Source: Atractiella rhizophila (lineage: Eukaryota). Taken from it: DNA of 64,000 nt. This document shows positions 52,833 to 64,000 of the stretch, piece after piece (the stretch's first letter is position 1; every line of letters starts with the position of its first letter). Position numbers and translations under genes: made by a program. Location of the stretch: NCBI GenBank assembly GCA_021432655.1, contig MU271245.1, positions 8,229-72,228 on the forward strand, given 5' to 3'. The notes beneath the pieces are model-generated. The model worked only from the letters and a program-made list of their open reading frames with translations, ran no database searches and was not told the origin of the DNA.

Positions 52833-54992
52833 ATGGCATCCTCCAACCCAATCCTGCGCTCAGAATCTCTGCCCGCCTTTCCTCTCACGCCACGACCCTC
52901 ACGCTCTCCCTCGCCCGTTCCCTCACGCCTCCAGCAACAACACGAATCACCTGATCCTGAATCTCCCACTTCGCTCGAAACATCACCTTTGGTGGACGAG
53001 AAGGAGTTGGAACTCAAAAAGGAGGACGATGACGGAGTGGGACTGGAGGGGGCAGATGAGGAGGTGGAGATGGTGGTCGTGGGAAAGGGAACGCTTTGGG
53101 ATCATCTTATGGCGCAGGTTTGGGATGAGGAGCCACTAGAAGGCGGAAGTGGAAGGAGGGAAAGAGTGGATAACTTCTTGAAAGTGCCACTGATGGTTGA
53201 AAAGGTTCCTCCTTACTTTCCAATCGGAACTGTTGGCTGACTTGACCTGTCACAGATAATTGCAGTAGGCTTCCTCATCTGCCTCGATGCCTTCCTGTAC
53301 AACCTCACAATTCTGCCACTCCGCGTCCTTGGAGCGTTCTATACCCTCTTCACTAAAGGGCGTATGTCGTGCGTCACCTCTTCATCCGCTCTTCCCTCAC
53401 TTTCCTCATCGCCTGTTGGGGAGTTAGAGCGAGCCAACTGACGCATGTCTCACATCTCCTCTTGCTCATCATCCCCTCCGCCTTACTCGTGCACTTCTCC
53501 TTCTCTGACCCTTCACGGATGTACCATTCGGTGCGAGGGCAAGAAACGATCAAATTATACGTCATCTATAACTGCATGGAGGTATAGTTCAATATCCTCT
53601 GTATTTTCTCGTGATCATTGTGTTGAGGCAAAAAGTGGGTATAGATTGCAGACCGCCTCTTCTGTAGTTTCGGACTCGACCTCCTGGACTCCCTCGCCTC
53701 TTTCTTCCCTTCTTCTTCCTCCAAGGGAACGAAGGAAAGACAGCCCATCTTCCGTCCTACCTTTTTCTTCCTCCTCTCACAAATCTACGTCTGTTCGTAT
53801 TCCTCCGCTTCTGCTTCATCCGATCATCTAACGAGCGTTTATTCGTGTGGACAGTCACGCATACCCTCATCCTGCTCTACTTGTTGGTCTCACTCAATGT
53901 GTCGATCAACAGCTATTCGAACGCCTTGTTGACACTCTTGTTGTCGAATCAATTCGTAGAGATAAAAGGCGCGGTATTCAAGAAGTTCGAGACTGAGAAC
54001 CTCTTCCAGCTGTCCTGTGCTGGTTCGTCCCTCTCCCATCTACTAAGAAGCCACGAAATTTGACGATGCAATTTGTGGCTTGATGATGTGAAATAAAGAT
54101 ATAGTCGAACGCTTCCAACTATCCCTCATGTTGACCCTCATCTTCCTCCGAAACCTCGTCGAACTTCAAGGTTCCACCTTCTTCCTCCTCCCCACCTCCT
54201 TCCTCTCGTCATCCAAATCCAAATCCAGTCCGTCGAGCGAACACGGAACAAGCGTCATGTCCATCCTCAGCCCCGTGCTGATAGTGTTGGCCTCCGAACA
54301 GGTCGTGGATTGGTTAAAGCACGGTTTCATCACAAAGTTCAACCATTTGAGGCCTAGGGTATACGAGAGATTCCTCGACGTCGTTTGTGCGGATCTCGTA
54401 GGTCCGCCATCGAGACAACCTGTACGCATTCTTCTTCCCTCCTTGTCCCGTCCTTTCGCTGTTCTCTATCAAGTGAAGGGAGGTACTCATGTAAATGTGG
54501 ATACAGAACGTATCAAGACGTCTAGGATTCGCTTCTATCCCATTAGCATGTCTAGCAATCCGCGTGGCCGTGCAAACGCTCTCCATGACTACTTCTCCTT
54601 CCTCTCCTCCCACTACTGTATCGTACACCTCTCCCACCCTCTCGCCTTCCATCCAATTCCTCCACTCCCTCCGAACACCAACCTACCTCCTTCTCTCCTA
54701 CCTCTTCTGTCTCCTCCTCAAACTTCTCCTCTCCACCCACCTTCGCTCATACGCTCTCTCGCGCACATACCCTAGTGCGGAGGTGGAGGATAGGAGGGAG
54801 GAGGAGAGGAGGAATGGGAGAGGGAGGGAGAGCGTGGGAACGGAGGAGGAGAAGAGGGAGGAGAAGAGGATGAGCGAGCGATTGAGGTTTAGGGAGGAGG
54901 AATTGAAGGTTAAGGAGGGTAGGACGGTCAAGTTGGGTATGGGGTTGGAGGGGTTGGAGAGATTCGATATGGTTAAGAGTCGGTTGCATTAG
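52833..54992 (+). CDS. EMP65: ER membrane protein Emp65/TAPT1 (DUF747)
   Basis: ERVDNFLKVP, GFLICLDAFLYNLTILPLR, SRMYHSVRGQETIKLYVIYN, LLTLLLSNQFVEIKGAVFKKF, VDWLKHGFITKFN, SRRLGF. Confidence 0.92.
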
Positions 54993-55084
54993 TTTGAGCT
55001 GGGCTCTTTGTATTCTACTTGAGGAACTATAACATGGATATATTATACTCTCTATACTCGCCCGTTATAATTCAAGAAATCATG

Positions 55085-56476
55085 TTATCGTCTGATGAAC
55101 AGCAATGCGACAAGCAGAACAATAAGGCAGTTCCTCCATTGTATCCAGGCCACAGTCCTTCCCAAATTCTGCAACCTATCATCCATATCAGTCCCTCCAC
55201 ACTGTCCTAAAGATCAACGAGGACAGACCAGCTCAATGCCTTTCCACGCTCAACCAGCATAGCATAAATGCCATGTTCTCCCTCCTCAATCTCCCTATCA
55301 GCCCGAAAGGCCACCACGCCATTCGGATCCACCACCATCTCCCTTCCCCTCCTCTGCTCCTCCGGCGCACTCGTGCTCCAGACCAATGCTCCAACCACAT
55401 CCTCCAATTTCGCCTTCGGCATGTTAGCGACAAAGGTTCGAGCGGTGAGGTCGAGGATGGGGGTGTCGACGAAGAAGGGGGAGATGAGGGTGGAGGAGAT
55501 GGAGGAGTGGTGGAGTTGGGGGAGGAGGGAGAGGAAGAGGCCGCGCACGGCGTGTTTCGTGCTGCCGTATAACGCGCCGTAGGGCACTTGCATGTGCGAA
55601 CGATTAGCGATGGGAATTCAAAACATGAGGGAAATGCGATGGGGTGAAAAACGCACATCCGAAGTAGGACGCAACGCTCCCGAGGAGGATGAGCGATTTG
55701 GGACCGGGAGTGCGCGGGAGGTACGTGAGTGCGAGATGGGTCGCTTTCGTCCATTGTGCAGTAAGTTGATAAGCGGTAAAGTCAAGGGGGGAGGGGGAGG
55801 AGACGAACTGTATAGCACCCCTAGGTAGTTGATCCATAGTTGAGGGTATTTAGGCTCAGAAAGGGTACCGTCTTCCTTCCACATCGCCAGTCAGTACCTT
55901 TTTCTTCGCTCTTGGGGACAAGGGAAGTACCAGCAGAGGGAGAGAGAGCGTGGAAGTCCTTCCATGGCATGATGTCAGTACGCGTCTGTTTGAAAGTAGA
56001 GGGACATCATACCGTGACCTCGCCGACCCCTGCATTACTGTTTCTCAAATCCATCAGTCCATGAATTCTGGGCAGACGAATGGAGCAACACTTACGGAAT
56101 GACCACATCTATCCTCCCCCATTCTTTGGTCCCCCTCTCAAAGAGTTGCACCTGCTCATCCCACTTTGTCACATCGCACTTGACCGCAATCGCCTTCCTC
56201 CACACGCCAACACAACCCGTTCAACCTCCAACCTCTATCCAGCAGAGCACGAAGAGAAGAAGCATACCCTCCAGCGTTCTCAATGTCTTTCGCGACGCGA
56301 GAAACCCCCTCAAAATCTCGATCGGCAAGTACCATCCTCGCACCTTCCCTGGCTGCAAGGAGAGAGAACGCCTTGCCTATACCGGAAGCTGCACCGGTGA
56401 TGAGTATCACTTTGGAGGAGAGGGTAGAGGAATGTGCGTGGAGCGCGTCTGAAGAGAGGGATTGGGGAGGAGCCAT
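55085..56476 (-). CDS. Short-chain dehydrogenase/reductase with a probable C-terminal membrane anchor
   Basis: VILITGAASGIG, NAGV, INYLGV, LLGSVAS, YGSTKH (YxxxK), PFFVDTPI. Last exon ..CLIVLLVALLFIRR*. Confidence 0.88.
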
Positions 56477-56951
56477 GTTGCTTGTTCGATGAGAGGAAGG
56501 TAGGAGTATGGGTTATATTGGACACGGGGAGCGCGGGAAGAAGCAAGACTTCGAGAACAGAACTTGCATGTCACCTTCTGTGTTTCAGTAACAACCAGTG
56601 GCTCTCACTCAGCCTCCCAGCCTCCCAGTAATGCAACTCGCTGCATCATGTGAGGAAACATGGAAGCTTGACTTTGACTTGACTGGGACAGATACATAGT
56701 AGGTCGAAGAAGGATTGACCCAAAAGGACGGAGCGATGAGCAACCCGCGAGAACACAAAATACCCAGAACGACATCTCTGTCTCTCTAGCGTCAGTACTT
56801 CACTCAACAGCGAGAGCACCAGTCGAGCATTCATTAATAACAGTAATAACAGGGAAAGGCAGGCTGAAAACTATTTATTGCTTCGGTGCCAGCCTTATCA
56901 CTCCCTTTCAGTCGCTCCTTCCCATCGCTCCTTCTGTCAAGCGTTTACAAA

Positions 56952-57955
56952 ATGACGACCAATATCATCGTCAATGGAGGGTTCGAAGATTCTTCGACCT
57001 CAATCGCACCTTGGGTTGTGACTGGAAACGCCAATGCGTCTGGTTTGTCCCTTTCATCCTTGCTCAAGCTACGGGTTTGCGTTTGTAGTTGAAGAGCTCA
57101 TGGAATGCTTTGGGATGAAGGCATTGATATCAATATCTCGCCTTATGAAGGAACCCAACACTACCACTTTGCGTCCAGCACCTTATCCCAAACTGTCTCC
57201 TGCACCGTTGGCACATCCTAGTTCGTCCTCTTCTCTTCTTGCTCCGTCACTCCTTTAGAGGCAAACTGATAGATTGTGAATTGACCAGCGAGCTCACCTT
57301 CCACGCAGTAGCGATCGGAAACTCCCGTCCCTCCCTCCTCGCCACATTCGGCACCCTCTCCTCCACCTACACCATCCCAAACGGAGACGGCCTCACCTGG
57401 TCCACCTTCTCCGGTTCCGGCACCTGCCAATCCTCCCCCTCCGACCTTAAACTCGAGAACGCGGACCCGACCACGATTCGCATCGATGCCATCTCGCTCA
57501 CGACTCCCGCTTCCGCCACTTCAGGGTCCTCTTCCTCTGTCCCATCTTCGACTGCAACTTCAACTTCGACTTCTGGATCGTCTGCAGGAGGAGGAGGTGG
57601 TGGTGGGGGAGGGAGCTCGACCCCGGTCGGAGCGATCGTGGGTGGAGTCGTAGGAGGGCTCGCCATCCTCGTGCTCGCAGCTTTCGGGGCCTGGTACATC
57701 CGTCGTCGGTCACGTCGTCCCTCTCCTTCCTCCCGAACAGACGAAGGAGCAGGAGCAGAGGAGAAGATGCTGGCCTCCGGTGTTGGCGGTTTTCCATCGG
57801 AAGAACAGAGGGCGAGCGGGTTGTGGACCGGGACGGGTGCGAGCACGCAGAGCTCGACCCCGGTTAGTAGGACGGTCGTGCCCGAACTTCAGGGTGAAGA
57901 TGGGGGTGCGGAGGGTCCGGATACTTATGAACGGTTTGAGAGGAAGAAGTTTTAG
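56952..57955 (+). CDS. Single-pass membrane protein: CBM4/9-like domain, Ser/Thr/Gly stalk, Mid2-like TM
   Basis: NIIVNGGFED..PW, IRIDAISL, Ser/Thr run, GAIVGGVVGGLAILVLAAFGAWYIRRR. Confidence 0.7.
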
Positions 57956-58266
57956 AGGGTTGTGTGGATGGACACAGATTATCGCGGTTCGCTCTTCAGC
58001 TGGTTATGAATCTCGAAATTTTCACTTGAAAATTTCGATTCATTATTCTTGATTGAGGTTGTTGTTCAAGTAAGCTTGCAATCATTCTTTCCCATGGAAA
58101 GGTCAAGGCAGCATATACTGAGTGCGACGGTAAACAAAGGCTGGATGAACAGGATATCATATTTTGATGGTCCATGCATAGCAGAAGCAGACGGAGGTAT
58201 TTACACAGGGAGCGAGGGAGGTGATGGAATCGACGGGAAGCTGGCGAGTTGCTTTTTGAGCATGAT

Positions 58267-58875
58267 TTATCCTTGTCGCTGCACCCCACCGCACTTTAGC
58301 ACTTAATTGCATTAAAGAGCGTAGAGACGAACCTGCTTATGTTTTGGATCGGCAGGACAGATGACGTATAGCCTCCCTACACATACCGAGCCATTTCTCA
58401 GCTTCATTCCACGCAAGAAACCAACTTGAAATAATAAAAAAGACGCACCTTTCCTCTTCACGAACATACATTTGGGACAAAACAGCTTGACCGCACTCCT
58501 AACTTTCATCCCTCTCTCCTGTCCTCCTCCAACTGCGAGACCTCCCAAACCGTCTCCTCCTCCAATCGCTCCGCCAAGCGAGGAGATAGCGCTACCCGTC
58601 CTCGGTCTTGCAGGCTTTGGACGAGCGCAACATGAGCAGTTTGGAGGGTGATGGATGGTCGAAAACGAGCGATGCGCCACAGCGGACGGTGTGCCGAGAA
58701 GAGAGGTTTGGTATATTGGTTTAGGACGGGCCATTGGGGAGGAAATGGGGGGTAAAGAACGAGAGAGCGTTCGTGGACGAGTTGGGGTGCCTGCGCGGGA
58801 TGGGAAAGTGTTTCGAGAACAGTGTAGCAGCCGGAGGAGGGAAGAGCTTGAGCCCATTTTGGGAAGGTTGGACAT
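58267..58875 (-). CDS. RTC6: Mitochondrial ribosomal protein bL36m
   Basis: RGMKVRSAVKLFCPKC..RKGRLYVICPADPKHKQRQG* after two introns; Arg/Ser-rich presequence. Confidence 0.92.
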
Positions 58876-58991
58876 GGTCTTCGGTGGTGGTGAAATGGGT
58901 TGACGTCCTAGTTTGCAATTGGGAAAGGGGAAGAGGAAGAGTGGTTGCTCTTGTTTGGCCCTTGTTTGCCTTCTTGCGCTGATTCGGCAGG

Positions 58992-59004
58992 TGACTCACA
59001 TGAC
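58992..59004. promoter_or_regulatory. Overlapping AP-1/Gcn4 site (TGACTCA) and E-box-like site (TCACATGAC) in the bL36m/ATG8 divergent promoter
   Basis: Sequence GTGACTCACATGAC about 100 nt upstream of the ATG8 start; motif match only. Confidence 0.4.
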
Positions 59005-59099
59005 TTGCGATTCCGCAGCCCTTTCAGGTCTCCTTTCCCAACGACCACCATCGTCGCTTCTTGACCCAGTTCTTCAGCAGCAACAAGTACACCATTAAG

Positions 59100-60012
<913 letters not shown>

Positions 60013-61894
60013 AGTACCTTGCAGGAGGGATGATCGAATAGGATGAGGAATGCTGGTGTGTGGGATGGATCGATGCGACGTTTCTTTTGTTCTCGTTTCT
60101 TTGTGAGAGTGTGTTATGTTCTTTCAATTTCTCAACAGTCAAGACAGATAGTGCTGGATTGACAATGTATTTTTCTCCAATATTTCAGACTGTGCCTTCT
60201 GCTTTCAAAAGGTGCGACCTGTGAATGTGATTCCCGGCAAGTTAAGAACATCTTCCTCCATGCTATTGATGAAGTCAACCTACACCAATGACCACAGTCG
60301 CAAACTTGAAAGCTTGGACACTACGAACACATTTCAGAGCTTATACGCGCATGGTTGCAACAACTTCTTCTCCAGTCCATTGAACGTCGTTCAGGACCTC
60401 ATGGAACATCATCAGGGTGGATCAATGAGTGCAGGGGATTCAAGATGAGATGCAGCTGGGGCTGGTCTAAGGAGAAAACCTTAATTTCATGTTGTCGCGG
60501 ATCTTAATCAGTGGTGAGTCGAATTTGTCCAAATACTTTAGAATTCCGTAATAACTGCTAAGGTTTGATATCTTCTTTGACCAAGACTGTTGCTGAGTAG
60601 GATCTAGTATCGCACGTATTGTGATGCTGGCTGTGTGAGTCTGCATCAATGCGGATGTATAATGCAGAGAACACAACGAAGCGGAGCCAAAATCAGAAGC
60701 AAAGGCGCCACTCTGTACTAGTAAAATGTGTATAAACACTTTTTTCTTTTTAGACGTTATGTTAACATTGGGAATATCATAATTTTGCGGTTTGAAACGT
60801 GGAGTTGATGTACTTTGCGAGAGGTGTTATGCTGCGTACGGCTACATGATTAGTGGTACTCAGAAAACGATGAAAAACGATGCAATGCGAAAAGAGGAGA
60901 ATGGAAAGAGGCAGCCGAGGCGGTTGCTACGTGGTGCAGTGCAAAAAAAGAAACCGAGTGTGAATAACGTGCAATGTGGCCAGTGACTAGTGATTGTTCA
61001 TGAGAAGGTCAAAACATTCAAAGGTAGGAAAGAAGAAAGGAAGTCTGAATTAAAAGGCTTTGAATAAATGATTTGCGAAATGTTTCTTGTCGAATTCCAT
61101 TGGGGACTGCGTTATCTCGAAAATTTGTGTTAAATAGCCTACCCCGAGAATCAAGGTCGGTCGTGCCACGATAAGACGGAAAAGTGCACACTTCACGGCT
61201 GATCCAATCTGAGTGCACAGAGAGTGATAAAGTTACTTGATATGCCTGGGATGTGAGGATGCTAGATAAACCGACAGTTTAGCTTGCACGTCTACTATGT
61301 TAGCTGTGCACTTGCCTAATGATGGCCGACGATGGTTGCCCGTTGAAAGAAGCAAGAGATAGCGAACTTATTCTACAGTTGATGCAGGCGTTATGCCAAG
61401 ACAGCAAGTCTACATAACAGATGCAAAGCAGTGCGAATGATGCAGCTTGGAACAACCCACAGACTTTTATAGCTGGGTTTGAAGCACAGCGAACTTGGCA
61501 TCGGGATCAGTCTGCGACTATGAAGCTCTTGTTTTCTAACGACGACAAGTGCTCAGAGATCGATGGCCTTATCCTAGATCCATGGCTCTTGGGAGCTTCA
61601 GATGAACTCCCAGAATAAGTTTGTATTGCGTGCTAGTGGAGAGAACGTCTCGAGAAGCAGGAGAAAAGTCGGCAGAAGCAAATAGGGAATTGGTTCCCAC
61701 TCAGCCACTTCGGTTTTAAGGGCCATTCTTAGAGCATGCGAATCTTGGCGGGTCTGTGCTGCGTTACGCATTGGAGTTTTGCAAGAAACTGGTATTGCAA
61801 CAGATAAAAGCACATACTTATCTCCCTGCAGTGATGGCCAACCTTGATGAATTCATGATCCATCCTTTTGCCCAATTTTGAGTGGACCAATGTC

Positions 61895-63100
61895 TCAAAT
61901 GCCCCTGCCTCCTGTAACCTCCAAGGTGTGACCAGAAATATAGCTGGCCATAGGGCTCGCAAGGAACAGCATAGCTTTATATATGTCAGTCAAATATGAA
62001 AATTGATGGAGAAAACTCACCAGCAGCGGCCTCATCAGCACTTCCTGGGCGTCCAAGTGGGATGTCGGGAATGCGCTCGTTGGAGCTCTTCGCCTTTCCT
62101 CCAGCTATCGAAGTATCAAAGGATCAGGGATGACGGTGACACAGTCAGACCAAATAGAGGACGCACCAGAGGGAATTCCAAGTGCAATGGTTTGTCCGCC
62201 AACGACAATGGCTTCTCCAAGCTCTTTCGCTTGTGTGAGACGGGTCTCGATGTATCCGTACGCAACAGTGTTACACCTCACTAAAGGCGATAGAAATTAA
62301 ATGTCATAATATCTGAATGAGCACAAGCCTACCCCCAAATGGTCCCCATTCTGCAAGCTCAGTCAGCACGAGGCTTGCGACATACGAAACGAGCGCGTAC
62401 CCTTGCAAATAGTCTTAGTCATTCCAACAACTCCTGCCTTAGCGATGGCGTAATTGATCTGTCCGGTGTTGCCGTGAAGACCAGAGACGCTGGAGACATT
62501 AATAATTGAGCGATTCTCCTTGGGACCATCACCCTTCACTCGGAAGTAAGGAGCGGCTTCCCGAACGATTCTGAATGGTGCAGTGTTGTGAACTTTGAGG
62601 ATGAGGTCGAAAGTCTGATCATTCATGGTGTGAATCATCTTGTCCGCCGTGAAACCAGCCTGCTCTACTTGTTAGACGCAACGAGACATCTTGAAGGAAG
62701 TGAAGTGTACGCACATTGTTGACAATGTGGTTAATCTTTCCATAAGCCCTGTAGTTGCTTGAGAATGGGACAAGATGCAAAAGCTAGAGACCCCACTTGA
62801 TAGTGGCTCCAATGAGTTTCTTAGGAAAATCATCAGCAGTCACATCCCCGCCGACAGCGATGGCATCCCCTCCAGCTTTCTTGATCTCCTCAACAACAAG
62901 AGCGGCTTTTTCTGCATAAATGAAGTGAGTGCGACTCCCCTTTCCTTTACGGCTTAACGCACTCTCGTCCAAGTCCGATACGACTACTTTGGCTCCCTCT
63001 GTTCGGATATCAACAATGTTCTTGAAGAACAACAGAACAAACAAAACACCCGCGAACAACAGGACCGCTGAACAACCAACAACTCCAGCAGCACCACCGA
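61895..63100 (-). CDS. FabG-like SDR (3-oxoacyl-ACP reductase family); 5' exon garbled
   Basis: EGAKVVVSDLD, GGDVT, HIVNNAGFTADKMIH, IINVSSVSGLHGNTGQINYAIAKAG, AFSEVSTLLRT read on the minus strand as GVNTVAYGYIETR, ASYISGHTLEVTGG. Confidence 0.88.
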
Positions 63101-63329
63101 CAAAAAACATGAGGAAGAACAACACCAGAAGAAGAAGAAGAAGGCCGTACCACCAATGATAACGACCAACTCGTGACAACAAGCAGCGTGGCCAACAAGC
63201 AAATAAAAAAAAAACCACCCCACCAACAAGAACCCCCCCACAATACTGCGAAAAAAGGGAGGAGATGAGATGAGCTCCTCCAGCAGCAACCAGTGAAGAA
63301 AAAAGGGAAGAAGAGAGAAGAGGTCGTCA

Positions 63330-64000
63330 AGGAGGAGGGGGTTGTTTTGAAGCTTCTGTCTCGCCGGAAGTAGCCGGTGTCAAATCCGTTTAGGCAGCGT
63401 GCTTTCCGAATCCCGGTCAAAGAAGTATCAGGGAGAAAGTGAACGAGATGCTGAGTATGTATTACCCAGATTATATTAGTACCAAATGTCTGGAAGTAGT
63501 CGCGGAGGCGAGCAGGCAAGCAGGTGTTTATATCTATCAATCCCTCGGTGTTTTGCGTTTTGCAAGAGAAAACGCCGGAGCTGCTAGGACATTCTTGCTG
63601 AAGAGGATCTCGAATCTCGAATATTTCAACAAGAACCGAGCCTTGGGATCAGAATTTTAATTACAGCATGTGTAAGGCATTATCATGAGCGCCAACTTGC
63701 GAAAGCTTTCGTCGTCCCAAAGGTCGAGAAGCGCTTGATACTTTTCCTCCGAAGCAATCCGTATCCACATCAAGAGCGCGCCATCGTAAAGATCGAGAGC
63801 AGTGGCTATGTCAAGCATTGAGGATCTCTTGCGTACAGCGAGAGCTACCTTACGTTCAAGGTCCGTCGCAGTACGGGCCGCCATACGTTTTCGCACATCT
63901 ATCCATCCCTTCCGTAAATTCTCAAAGATCGCCTCCTGCCCTCCGGCATTGGACAGCATTTCCTCGAGCTTACAACAGAACTGAGCTTCTCGGCTTCTCC
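63330..64000 (-). pseudogene. Possible degenerate coding remnant, function unknown
   Basis: Open frame from the window end to TAA at 63657, protein-like continuation after it, then a second frame (63540 downward). No recognisable motif. Confidence 0.25.

Noticed and set aside
61322..61618. Protein-like plus-strand frame with an internal stop
   Set aside because: No motif support; cannot be distinguished from intergenic sequence.

Overview
Gene-dense eukaryotic DNA from a basidiomycete fungus. Short GT-AG introns of about 50-60 nt with GTGAGT/GTACGT/GTTCGT/GTCCGT/GTGCGT donors suggest Pucciniomycotina, but that is an inference. About 28 mostly intron-containing genes are present: F-box protein, arrestin-fold protein, GT32, DHHC palmitoyltransferase, RCM1/NSUN5, nucleoside hydrolase, GGC1, DDI2/3-like cyanamide hydratase, TVP38, SYS1, GH79, PP4R1-like, NOP1, EDE1, two secreted proteins, a SOD-fold mitoribosomal protein, an ACAD10/11-like APH kinase, a FucP-like MFS, SPC1, EMP65/TAPT1, two SDRs, a Mid2-like membrane protein, bL36m and ATG8. 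I found no rRNA, tRNA, CRISPR array or intact transposon, and no convincing new multi-gene system. The strongest anomaly is that bases 1-649 are a mirror image (reversed but not complemented) of the true sequence. Once corrected, they complete a protein with Gly-rich 11-mer repeats. Other points of interest are three unusually long, self-complementary introns (arrestin, mitoribosomal gene, ATG8), a 7-nt micro-exon next to a DXD motif, and several local defects (frameshifts, an in-frame stop, a duplication joined by an A-run, a garbled segment, two N gaps) that may be assembly errors. Exon boundaries were read by eye, and gene spans include introns.
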